Below are positions 31,367-42,697 of a stretch of 64,000 bases of DNA, one piece after another (the first letter of the stretch is position 1; the number at the start of each line of letters is the position of its first letter). Origin of the DNA: Bacteroidota bacterium (lineage in GTDB: Bacteria; Bacteroidota; Ignavibacteria; Kapaibacteriales; Kapaibacteriaceae). The position numbers were made by a program, and so were the translations under genes. Below the pieces are notes generated by a model that was not told the DNA's origin, made no database searches, and saw only the letters and a program-made list of their open reading frames with translations. The stretch is taken from the NCBI GenBank assembly GCA_041170435.1, contig JBEAYU010000030.1:1769-65768 (forward strand), given 5' to 3'.

Positions 31367-32329
31367 ATGATCGTTCTCACTGGCGGTGCCGGCTTCATTG
31401 GAAGCTGCTTTCTCGGGACGCTGAACGCTGCCGGTCGAGACGATGTGTTGATTGTGGACTCACTGGGTAACGGCCAGAAATGGAAGAACCTGGTAGGCAA
31501 GACGTACATTGACATTGTCAGCAAAGAGAACTTCCGCACCATGATGAGCACGGGCGAGTTCAGCATTGAACTCGACGCAGTGATTCATCTTGGAGCATGC
31601 AGTTCGACGACGGAGACGAATGCGGACTATCTCTACGACAACAACTACCAATACAGTGTAGAGGTCGCAGAGTTCGCTGCCACACATGAGGCCCGGTTCA
31701 TCTACGCCAGTTCGGCCGCCACCTATGGTGATGGTTCAAGGGGCTACTCAGATGTGACCACTGACCTGCGACCACTGAACATGTACGGATACTCCAAGCA
31801 TCTGTTCGATCAGTGGGTACGTGGTAACGACATGCAGCACAGCTGTGTCGGTCTCAAGTTCTTCAACGTCTTCGGTCCAAACGAATACCACAAAGGATCG
31901 ATGGCGAGTCTGGTCTCGAAATCTGTCCAACAGATTCGTCAACGGGGCTATGTGGAGCTGTTCAAGAGTACCGATGCGACCTTTGCAGATGGAGGTCAGA
32001 TGCGTGACTTCATCTACGTGAAGGATGTCTGCCACGTCATGCTCCAACTGATGCAGCGTCCGGACGTGAATGGCATCTTTAACCTCGGTACCGGCATTGC
32101 CAGATCATGGAACGATCTCATGGCGGCGACCTTCGCGGCAATGGGATTACCGGTCGACATCCGGTACATCGACATGCCTCCGGAGCTCGCGCGACAGTAT
32201 CAGAACTACACGCAGGCCGATATGTCGACATTTCATGCCAGCCTGCCGGGCGTCGCCTTCGAATCCCTGGAAGACTCCGTTGCTGACTATGTGAACGGCT
32301 ATCTCACTCGTGAGTGGCCATACCTTTGA
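31367..32329 (+). CDS. rfaD: ADP-L-glycero-D-manno-heptose 6-epimerase
   Basis: MIVLTGGAGFIGS, HLGACSSTTE, YASSAATYG, PLNMYGYSKHLFD, FNVFGPNEYHKGSMAS, RDFIYVKD, YQNYTQAD. Confidence 0.92.
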   Translation: MIVLTGGAGFIGSCFLGTLNAAGRDDVLIVDSLGNGQKWKNLVGKTYIDIVSKENFRTMMSTGEFSIELDAVIHLGACSSTTETNADYLYDNNYQYSVEVAEFAATHEARFIYASSAATYGDGSRGYSDVTTDLRPLNMYGYSKHLFDQWVRGNDMQHSCVGLKFFNVFGPNEYHKGSMASLVSKSVQQIRQRGYVELFKSTDATFADGGQMRDFIYVKDVCHVMLQLMQRPDVNGIFNLGTGIARSWNDLMAATFAAMGLPVDIRYIDMPPELARQYQNYTQADMSTFHASLPGVAFESLEDSVADYVNGYLTREWPYL

Positions 32330-32360
32330 ACACTGAAGACACCTACTCGAAGAACCAACA

Positions 32361-33242
32361 ATGGCAACACTTCGCGAAACACGGGACCGGATCGTATCGG
32401 TTCGCAATACATCGAAGATCACACAGGCGATGAGCATGGTGGCCACGGCCAAGTTGCGCCGCGCGCAGGACGCCATCACGGCTGCCCGCCCCTTTGCCAA
32501 TCAGGTTCAGAAGATTCTGGGTAACCTCTCTTCTGCCGATTCCGATTTCGTGCATCCGTTCTTTGAGACACGCAAGGACGTCAACAACATCGCAATCATC
32601 GCCATTACTGCCGATCGGGGCCTCTGCGGCGCCTTCAATGCAAACGTCCTTCGCAGTCTGAGCACTCGCATCGCCGAGCTACGGGCGATCCATCCAAAGG
32701 CAACCATCCACATCATCCCTGTGGGTAAGCGAGCCGTCGGCGCTGTGCGCAAGGGCAAGGATTCAATCCTTCGCGAGTTCTCCGATGTGTTCTTCAAACT
32801 CGACTATTCGACGGCCGTAGAGATCGCCGATCTTGTCGCGGACGGATTCCTTGGCATGCAGATCGACCACGTCGAGATCCTGGGCAATCAGTTCGTCAAT
32901 GTCATGCGTCAGGTTGTCCGAACCACTCAACTTCTTCCGATCCCGGCCTCTACCAGCGACACGACGAAGTCGGCCAGCACCGACTATATCTACGAGCCTT
33001 CTCGCGGCGAGATCCTCGACACACTTCTTCCCATGTACGTCAAGCTGCAGGTTTGGACGGCGCTTCTTGACTCAAACGCAGCCGAACATGCCGCGCGGCG
33101 TATGGCCATGGAGAATGCCACGACCAACGCCCGCGATCTGATGCGCACACTCCAGCTACTGTACAACCGTGAGCGCCAAGCCGCCATCACCAAGGAGATG
33201 CTGGAAATCGTGGGTGGCGCTGAAGCACTCGCCAGCGCCTAA
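32361..33242 (+). CDS. atpG: F1 ATP synthase subunit gamma
   Basis: KITQAMSMVATAKL, DRGLCGAFN, AMENATTNA, YNRERQAAITKEMLEIVGGA. Confidence 0.97.
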   Translation: MATLRETRDRIVSVRNTSKITQAMSMVATAKLRRAQDAITAARPFANQVQKILGNLSSADSDFVHPFFETRKDVNNIAIIAITADRGLCGAFNANVLRSLSTRIAELRAIHPKATIHIIPVGKRAVGAVRKGKDSILREFSDVFFKLDYSTAVEIADLVADGFLGMQIDHVEILGNQFVNVMRQVVRTTQLLPIPASTSDTTKSASTDYIYEPSRGEILDTLLPMYVKLQVWTALLDSNAAEHAARRMAMENATTNARDLMRTLQLLYNRERQAAITKEMLEIVGGAEALASA

Positions 33243-33256
33243 TCGGGAGAAGCCCC

Positions 33257-33772
33257 GTGACAGAGGTGCGGCGACCGGTGTTCAGCGTTAGGGGAGTTGC
33301 CCTCACCATTGCTGCGATGGCCTTGCTAACCCTTCTGGTGGGACCCTACTTGGGCGATGCGAATCCATACGCTTCCTCGTTCAATGCCCGGATCGAACTT
33401 TATCGCGAAAAGCTCGACTCCTTGAACCGCATCCGCGGGTGGCGCGATCGCATCTATATGCGACACGTGGCCAACCTCGAGATCCCCGAGTACATCGTCA
33501 GCAAGCTTCGTCCAAACGACATCCTACTGCTGCCACCGATGGAATACGGCAATCAGTTCATGGCCACCAAGGCCTATTGGACCGATCCTCGGATCTTTAC
33601 ATGGATGGTGGGTTTTCAACCGATCGTTGCATGGCGTGATACCGCCCGGCGGAGGGAGGCCAATGCCTTTGTGGTTCTCGAAGCAAACACGATCTGGATC
33701 ACGCGCCCCGGCGGAGGTACGAACATCGACTCATTGCTTTCCGTCTATGAGAAGCTGGGAGGGGGCAAGTGA
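33257..33772 (+). CDS. Hypothetical membrane-anchored protein
   Basis: N-terminal TM segment; begins 14 nt after atpG; GTGA overlap with the next gene. Confidence 0.65.
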   Translation: MTEVRRPVFSVRGVALTIAAMALLTLLVGPYLGDANPYASSFNARIELYREKLDSLNRIRGWRDRIYMRHVANLEIPEYIVSKLRPNDILLLPPMEYGNQFMATKAYWTDPRIFTWMVGFQPIVAWRDTARRREANAFVVLEANTIWITRPGGGTNIDSLLSVYEKLGGGK

Positions 33773-35145
33773 GAGGCGAAGCGATAATGCTGATCATGAT
33801 GCTGCTGATGCAATGGAGCATTGGAATCGGAGTGGTCGGAGCGATCGGATACCGACTTGAGAGATCGACATTGTTACCCCTTGGTATGCTTCTGGGAATG
33901 TTCCTGCACACCATGGCGATGTTTGTCGCCCAGCTTCTTGGGATTCCATTGTCCGAGCAAACGATGATCGTCACCGGTGGTGTTGCAGTTCTCCTGCCGC
34001 TGCTGCGGTATCGAACGATTCGAGAATGTCTTGGCGGTTTGCTTTCTGCACCTCGGCTGCGACCCACTCTTTACGACGTCGTGTTCTTGGGGTTCATCGG
34101 ATACATCGCCTACATGGTTGTATGGGCCAGCTGGTACTGGCCCGTGACCCCGTTCGATGCGATGGCCGGCATCGATCTCGTGGCGCGATATGCAGCTACG
34201 GACGGCATGATCGCCAACCAGGTGTTCACTGATCCATCGCTTCGAGGTCAGCTGTCAAATCAACCCTTCTATGCCCCCTTCGCCATGCTCATGCAGGTGA
34301 TGATGAAGCTCATTGGCTACCCCTACACGCAGATCTGGGTGAGCGTCGTGGCGATCTGTTTCTGGTGGTTCACGTGGTCGAGTCTGCGCCGCATCGTTCA
34401 TCCTTTCATTGCCGGGGTGTTGCTGACGCTGTTGGTGCTCACGCCGGAGATGCTTGGCTACTCCTACATCCTACAGACAGACTTTGCCAATGCAGCGTTC
34501 TTCACAATGGGATGCTTGCTGCTTCTTCGCTCCATTGAGGAAAGTTCAGCACCGGGTCTGGCAGTTTCGGCCATCGCCTTTGCCGGTGCATGCTGGTCTC
34601 GCACGGAAACACCACTGCTTGTGGTGCTTGTCGTTGCCGTCTGCATTCGACGAATGCTCGAGGACTTTGGAGCTCTCAGGGGGCTTGCCGGTTCCCTCGG
34701 AATTGTTGCCGGTTCAAGCATTGCCTTTGCACTCTGGAACATCGTGTTCTTCAATTGGTATCTGCCGGTCCGCCCGTCCACCGATGAGCAGTTACGCGGA
34801 TTTGATCTAGGTCGGTTTGGTGACGTTGCCATTTCAAGTTGGACCTCCGTGATCTCCAACACGGAGCTATGGGGTTGGCTGGTGTGGCTCTTTCTGGTCA
34901 TCGTGGTTCTCGATGCGATCATCAACCGCCGTCTGACGCAGCCGTTGCTTCTTTCGATGATTGGCGTCACCATCATCGGACTTTTCTTTGTTGGCACCAT
35001 TTTCAGCGCTGCCATCGTTGAACAGACGCTTCGCCGGGGAATGTTCAAGATCATCCCTCTTATGATTGTTGCGATTGCCGGCTCCGGCTTGGTAAGTTCG
35101 GCATCGTCTGCACTGTACTCATGGGAGGCAGGACGTAGGTCCTGA
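33769..35145 (+). CDS. Polytopic membrane protein, possible GT-C-fold glycosyltransferase
   Basis: About 12 hydrophobic segments; first large loop WPVTPFDAMAGIDL resembles the acidic loop of GT-C enzymes (inference). Confidence 0.55.
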   Translation: MRGEAIMLIMMLLMQWSIGIGVVGAIGYRLERSTLLPLGMLLGMFLHTMAMFVAQLLGIPLSEQTMIVTGGVAVLLPLLRYRTIRECLGGLLSAPRLRPTLYDVVFLGFIGYIAYMVVWASWYWPVTPFDAMAGIDLVARYAATDGMIANQVFTDPSLRGQLSNQPFYAPFAMLMQVMMKLIGYPYTQIWVSVVAICFWWFTWSSLRRIVHPFIAGVLLTLLVLTPEMLGYSYILQTDFANAAFFTMGCLLLLRSIEESSAPGLAVSAIAFAGACWSRTETPLLVVLVVAVCIRRMLEDFGALRGLAGSLGIVAGSSIAFALWNIVFFNWYLPVRPSTDEQLRGFDLGRFGDVAISSWTSVISNTELWGWLVWLFLVIVVLDAIINRRLTQPLLLSMIGVTIIGLFFVGTIFSAAIVEQTLRRGMFKIIPLMIVAIAGSGLVSSASSALYSWEAGRRS

Positions 35146-35152
35146 TTTCAGT

Positions 35153-35995
35153 ATGCCAAAGCTCGCTCTCATCTTACTCGCCGGATTGGGTACGTTTCTC
35201 GTTCTCGTCACGGGCAGTGCTCTGATCTCGCGTGTCTTTGTGCGTCGATCGATCCGACGTTTGGTTCGCACGATTTCCAATCAGCGACTTCCGCGGTTTT
35301 CTCGTGAACTCGTCGTTGGTCTGCCGGCTCCGGTGCAGCGGTATCTCACAAACGTTGTGCGTGAGGGCCAGGAAAATCTCCGCTACGCGATCCTAACACA
35401 GAGTGCGCGCTTCCGACACCGTCCGGGTAGCCCTTGGTTCACAGTCAAGGCCACAGAGACGATCTCAGGCATGGAGCCGGGATTCGTCTGGGATGCCGTT
35501 CTGCGACACAATGCAGTGTGGTGGCGAACCGCTAAGCTCAGCTACGTTCAAGGCGAGGGTCACGGCCACATCAAGCTCTATGGGGCCATGACGCTACAGG
35601 AGTATGGCGGGAAGGAAACGGACACCTCAATGCTGTTTCGATTTCTGAGCGAACTGGTCTGGATACCGACGGCATTTCTGCCAACAAAGACGCTACGATG
35701 GGAGGCGATCGATGATCGCACGGCACGTGCCGTGATCAGCGTTGGAGCCACGAGGGTGAATGCCACGTTCCACTTCAACGAGGCCGATGAGATCGAGAGG
35801 ATCGTTACTGCTGACAAGTACCGTGATCACAAGAGCGGATTCGAGCAGGCCCGATTCACCATGCATTGTCGTAGCTACAAGGTCATCGACGGCGTGAAGA
35901 TTCCCACCGAGGTAGAGTTTGTCTGGAATCTCGAATCAGGGGATTTCGACTACGGGCATTTTACCATTACGGACGCGGCCTACTACTTCAGTTGA
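35153..35995 (+). CDS. Conserved hypothetical membrane-anchored protein (DUF6544-like)
   Basis: LPAPVQRYL, PGFVWDA, RFLSELVWIP, WEAIDDRTARA, GVKIPTEVE..W. Confidence 0.7.
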   Translation: MPKLALILLAGLGTFLVLVTGSALISRVFVRRSIRRLVRTISNQRLPRFSRELVVGLPAPVQRYLTNVVREGQENLRYAILTQSARFRHRPGSPWFTVKATETISGMEPGFVWDAVLRHNAVWWRTAKLSYVQGEGHGHIKLYGAMTLQEYGGKETDTSMLFRFLSELVWIPTAFLPTKTLRWEAIDDRTARAVISVGATRVNATFHFNEADEIERIVTADKYRDHKSGFEQARFTMHCRSYKVIDGVKIPTEVEFVWNLESGDFDYGHFTITDAAYYFS

Positions 35996-36954
35996 GCACG
36001 TCGCAGACGTCGTGCTTCGAAGTATGCAGCTGGGACTGCCATGAGCTTGGCCAGGGTGCCGATCGAAGCTCGCCCTTGAAACACGTTGTAGTCCATCTTC
36101 TCCACAGCGCGTAAGATCTTCTGGTAGTTGCGACTCATCAGAAGTACTGTGACCATGCTACCGGGCTCCAGCATGGCGATTCCGGTATCGGCGCGCTGAT
36201 ACAGAACATCGGCCCGATGAATATACTCGGCGATGAGAGCCCGAACGTTCGGGGTGAATCGACCGTCGAGAATGTCGACTTCCGATACTCCAAAGGCTGA
36301 CATGTCCTGCTGGGCCAGGTAGATTCGCCCCCTGACGGCATCTTCGCGGACGTCGCGGATGATGTTGGTCAGCTGCATGGCAATTCCAAGATCGACGGCG
36401 TAGTCAAGCGCGTCAGGGGAGCGGTAGCCAAAGATCTCGGATGTCATCAGTCCGACCACTGAAGCCACTTTGTAGCAGTACACCTTCAATTCGTCATACG
36501 TGGCAAAGCGCGTGATGGTGGTATCCATGAGCACGCCTTCAATGAGCTCCTCTGGCAGATGCGAAGGGATGCGGTACTTCTGCAGCGTATCCTCCCATGC
36601 GATCAGCACAGCTGCGCGGTCCTGCTGAGCAGGGTCAGCAGCGCCATGACCGCCTTGGCGATCACCGGAGTACACTGAACCGACCTCGTTGCGCCACTGC
36701 TCGACCAACCGGACGGCATCCTCACGTGTCACGTCACCCCGTTCCATCGCCACATCGACAATGTCGTCGACATATCGACAGAAAGCATAGACAGCATAGC
36801 AGGCATTACGCCTATCTGCGGGGATGAAGTGCGAGGCCGCATAGAAAGTCTTTGCATGCGTCTTTGTCACCCGCCTGCACGCCTCGTATGCTGCTGCCGT
36901 TGATCCGTCTTGCATCACTGCCCGTAGAACATTTCCTAGCTTTGAGTTCACCAT
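35983..36954 (-). CDS. crtB: Phytoene/squalene synthase family protein
   Basis: KTFY, YAVYAFCRYVDDIVD, YCYKVASVVG, LGIAMQLTNIIRDVREDA..GRIYL. Start uncertain (36954 or the downstream MQDG). Confidence 0.88.
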   Translation of the reverse strand: MVNSKLGNVLRAVMQDGSTAAAYEACRRVTKTHAKTFYAASHFIPADRRNACYAVYAFCRYVDDIVDVAMERGDVTREDAVRLVEQWRNEVGSVYSGDRQGGHGAADPAQQDRAAVLIAWEDTLQKYRIPSHLPEELIEGVLMDTTITRFATYDELKVYCYKVASVVGLMTSEIFGYRSPDALDYAVDLGIAMQLTNIIRDVREDAVRGRIYLAQQDMSAFGVSEVDILDGRFTPNVRALIAEYIHRADVLYQRADTGIAMLEPGSMVTVLLMSRNYQKILRAVEKMDYNVFQGRASIGTLAKLMAVPAAYFEARRLRRAQLK

Positions 36955-36974
36955 TTTCCGGTCGAAACAACCCC

Positions 36975-38324
36975 ATGAAGATACGCACCCTCTATCGCTG
37001 TTCCAGTTGTGGACATTCCACTCCAAAATGGGTGGGACGCTGTCCGGGATGCGGCGCATGGGAAAGCATGATCGAGGAACTCGACGAGACGTCGGGTCCA
37101 GGTAAGAAGCGTATCAAGGCTGTTGCCGCCGGTTCGGCCACGCGGCTTGGCTCTGTCGACGTTGAACGCGTCAGACGTTTGTCGACGGGAATGCAGGAGC
37201 TTGACCGAGTACTTGGTGGAGGCATTGTGCCGGGCAGCATGGTGCTGGTAGGGGGCGACCCCGGCATGGGCAAGAGCACATTGATGCTTCAGCTAGCATC
37301 GTACGTTGGACGCCTTGCTGATGAACGGCCATGCTTGTACGTGACAGGTGAGGAGAGTCTGCATCAGATCAAGCAGAGGGCGGAGCGACTCGGCATCAAC
37401 GCAGCCGGAATCATTGTCGCTTCGGAGACCAATGTAGAGCGTATCGCCCAGCTGATTGCCTCCGAGCAGCCCTTGCTTGTGATCGTCGATTCAGTTCAGA
37501 CAGTTACGACCGAGGCACTCGAATCATCCGCCGGCAGTGTGGCCCAGGTTCGCGAATGCACGTCGTTGATGACGCGCGTGGCCAAGGAGCGGGGCGTGCC
37601 GATGTTCATCATCGGCCATGTCACAAAGGATGGAATGATCGCCGGACCAAAGGTCCTCGAGCATATCGTCGATGCTGTGCTGCAGTTCGAGGGAGATGGA
37701 ACCTATTCCTACCGTGTGCTGCGAGCGCTCAAGAACCGTTATGGTTCGACCAATGAGATCGGTGTGTTCGATATGACTTCGGCTGGCCTGCGTGAGGTAT
37801 CCAATCCGAGCGAGGTACTGCTTTCGCAGCGTAGCGTGAATGAGTCTGGCACGGCCATCGTTGCCGTGATGGAGGGAACACGTCCACTCCTGATCGAGGT
37901 ACAGGCCCTTGTTTCTCCATCGGGCTATAGCTTACCGCAGCGCGTGTGCACCGGTTATGATAACCGCAGACTTCAGATGATCCTTGCTGTGTTAGAAAAG
38001 CGCGGCGGAGTTCAGGTCCGTCAGTCAGACGTGTTTGTGAACGTGGCCGGCGGCATTGCCGTCCAGGATCCCGCGGTGGACCTCGGCATTGCCATGGCCA
38101 TTGCCAGCAGCGTGACCGATCAACCTCTTCCCTCGGGTGTGGTGTTCGTCGGCGAGCTTGGACTCACCGGCGAGGTGCGGCGTGTCTCGCACTTGGACCA
38201 GCGAGTGTCGGAATCAACTCGCTTGGGATTGGAACGCATCTATGCTCCGTCTCGTGGCAGCTCCCCAGGCTCGGTCGTCCACGTCGAGCGACTCTCCGAT
38301 GCCCTGCGCATGGTGTTCGGGTAG
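36975..38324 (+). CDS. radA: DNA repair protein RadA/Sms
   Basis: CSSCG..WVGRCPGC zinc finger, GGDPGMGKST, IVDSVQT, KNRYG motif, Lon-like C-domain. Start refined to ATG 36975. Confidence 0.96.
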   Translation: MKIRTLYRCSSCGHSTPKWVGRCPGCGAWESMIEELDETSGPGKKRIKAVAAGSATRLGSVDVERVRRLSTGMQELDRVLGGGIVPGSMVLVGGDPGMGKSTLMLQLASYVGRLADERPCLYVTGEESLHQIKQRAERLGINAAGIIVASETNVERIAQLIASEQPLLVIVDSVQTVTTEALESSAGSVAQVRECTSLMTRVAKERGVPMFIIGHVTKDGMIAGPKVLEHIVDAVLQFEGDGTYSYRVLRALKNRYGSTNEIGVFDMTSAGLREVSNPSEVLLSQRSVNESGTAIVAVMEGTRPLLIEVQALVSPSGYSLPQRVCTGYDNRRLQMILAVLEKRGGVQVRQSDVFVNVAGGIAVQDPAVDLGIAMAIASSVTDQPLPSGVVFVGELGLTGEVRRVSHLDQRVSESTRLGLERIYAPSRGSSPGSVVHVERLSDALRMVFG

Positions 38325-38377
38325 GGGGCTCACCAACGGTCGACTCAGATACTGAGGGTGCCGCGGAGTTCGATTCG

Positions 38378-39160
38378 TCATAGACGAACGCCGAGAAAGA
38401 GACGGCCACCGATCTCATAGGCTTTGCTTACTGTGCGGCCAGCGCCATCGTCGAAAATCGTCGATGCCCCCGTCAGTGCAAAGGCCTGGAGCGCGGTCAC
38501 CGTTTCAACTCCAAGAATCCTGTAGGTGAAGGTGTATCCTGTCATCACGCCTACGTCAACCATTGGTGATGTAAATCGCTCAGTTCTGAAGCGAGACAAA
38601 ACCCTGCTCTTGCCTGAGTCCAGCAGCTCAACATCTGGTCCACTTATGAACGTCGCGTTGTGCGGCTCGATGATGCGATAGAGAGCCAGGAGCTCAGCAG
38701 ACGAAATGAACGAAACTCGAGCGAATGGTATCACCGAGAACGATGAAGCCTCTAGACCAATCCCGAAGGTGATCATTTGTGATCGATCGTCATGTGCTGC
38801 CGTGGTATTCGTGATTGACCTGCCGATCTCACCAGTGGTAGGATTGATTGTAGGTAGGGTGTCTGACACCAACGTCCAACGAGCATTCGAGGAAGAGCTT
38901 CCGAGTCCGAGCAGTCCAATGAACTGCGTCGATTCAGAAATGGGAATACGAAAGTAGACCTCGCCGCCGATGACTCCGGAGGAGCCACTTTCACTGTGAA
39001 ATCGTCGTGGGCTACCGGAGCTCGAATCTCTACAATTGCTGCAGTCGATGTTCATGGACATGGACGACAAGCCTCCGGCAACACCGATGGATATAGACAC
39101 TTGAGCCGTGCAGAAGCAGGCAGATACCACGGCCATTACGAGGCATACGAAGTGTTTCAT
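38378..39160 (-). CDS. Outer-membrane beta-barrel protein, hypothetical
   Basis: Signal peptide MKHF..CTA-Q; alternating strands; C-terminal YEIGGRLFLGVRL. Start refined to ATG 39160. Confidence 0.7.
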   Translation of the reverse strand: MKHFVCLVMAVVSACFCTAQVSISIGVAGGLSSMSMNIDCSNCRDSSSGSPRRFHSESGSSGVIGGEVYFRIPISESTQFIGLLGLGSSSSNARWTLVSDTLPTINPTTGEIGRSITNTTAAHDDRSQMITFGIGLEASSFSVIPFARVSFISSAELLALYRIIEPHNATFISGPDVELLDSGKSRVLSRFRTERFTSPMVDVGVMTGYTFTYRILGVETVTALQAFALTGASTIFDDGAGRTVSKAYEIGGRLFLGVRL

Positions 39161-39197
39161 AGAATCACCTTGATGGTACAAATCAGCGCCGACGAGT

Positions 39198-39237
39198 GAA
39201 AATAAATGTGGCCGTTGATCTATCAACCAACGGCCAC
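39198..39237 (-). terminator. Intrinsic terminator downstream of katG
   Basis: GTGGCCGTTG 39208-39217 / CAACGGCCAC 39228-39237 stem, followed on the minus strand by ATTTATTTTC. Confidence 0.75.
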
Positions 39238-39264
39238 CAATAAATCGCAGAGTAGGAACTGACT

Positions 39265-41576
<2,312 letters not shown>

Positions 41577-41650
41577 TATCTTTCTCGAAAATTGGCCCCT
41601 TTTGCACGCGTCAGAACGGCAAAGATCGCAGGAAGGTTCCGGGTTTCGAT

Positions 41651-42583
41651 CTACCGCTTTACCCGATCCTGCTGTTCGTCGAGCGACTGCATGGCGATCA
41701 TTTCGCGGAGCGTCTTGTTCATTCCCTCGGCTGATCCGTCGAGGAAGATCACATTGCCTTTGCTCTCGGCGGCGAAGCTCTTGATCGACTCGGTCCACAT
41801 GCTGAAGAGCAGGAACGAAGCGTCAAGGTTTGCCTGCTTCATTTCTGTTGCGGCCTCGCTCATACCGCGTGCAACTTCCCGGCGGAAGAGGGCTATGCCC
41901 TGACCGCGCAGCTGTGCGGCGATCTTCTCGGCTTCGGCGGCGATCTTGATGGCATTTCCTTCAGCTTCCGCGGCCTTTGTTTTGGTTATCAGAAGGGCCT
42001 GACCTTCGTTTTCGGCGGCAGCCTTCAGGTTTGATGACGCGACCACCTGTGCCATGGACTTCGTGATGGCGTCATCAAAGGTGATGTCGTTCAGCTGAAG
42101 ATCGAGTAGGTGATAACCCCAGGTTTCCAGGACGTGGTCAATGCTCTCTTTGACGGATTCAACAATCTCCTTGCGAAGCGACAGGATCTCGGCTTGGCGT
42201 TTTGTGGCCACAAAGCCCCGGATCGAGCCCTCGATGGTGCGGATGAGCGCCGTCATGAAGTCGCGCTCATCAACGAACTTAAATGCCACGTTCTTAACGG
42301 TCTCCTCGTTACTGTCGAGAACCGAGTACAGCAACATTGCCTTGAAGTACACATTCGCCTGATCCTGCGTGATAGCCTGAAAATCGAGCTCAATGCTTCG
42401 ATTCTGGATCGAGATCACTCGGTGTACCCTCTCGAGCAGTGGAATCCGGATGTTCAGTCCGGGCCCTAGTATCCTGCGGTACTTTCCGAAGATCGTTAAC
42501 ACGGCTACGGTACCTTGACGCACCGTGACGAATGTGAAGTAAAGGACAACGACGACGATGGATATGAGAATGATCTGATTCAT
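41651..42583 (-). CDS. SPFH/band-7 domain membrane protein
   Basis: N-terminal TM, FGKYRRILGPGLNIRIP, TQDQANV, AEAEG coiled coil. Confidence 0.9.
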   Translation of the reverse strand: MNQIILISIVVVVLYFTFVTVRQGTVAVLTIFGKYRRILGPGLNIRIPLLERVHRVISIQNRSIELDFQAITQDQANVYFKAMLLYSVLDSNEETVKNVAFKFVDERDFMTALIRTIEGSIRGFVATKRQAEILSLRKEIVESVKESIDHVLETWGYHLLDLQLNDITFDDAITKSMAQVVASSNLKAAAENEGQALLITKTKAAEAEGNAIKIAAEAEKIAAQLRGQGIALFRREVARGMSEAATEMKQANLDASFLLFSMWTESIKSFAAESKGNVIFLDGSAEGMNKTLREMIAMQSLDEQQDRVKR

Positions 42584-42697
42584 GGTAAACCGGCTACGTT
42601 TGATGGAGTAAGAAGGGTCAGGACGCCAACTTACCGACGCCGTGCCCGGTTCGCAACGTATTTTGCAACGTTCTCACCGTTACGGATCCAGCCGAGC

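Noticed and set aside
33243-33256. Absence of atpD/atpC after atpG as a defect
   Set aside because: A separately located atpDC is known in FCB-group bacteria; not evidence of loss.
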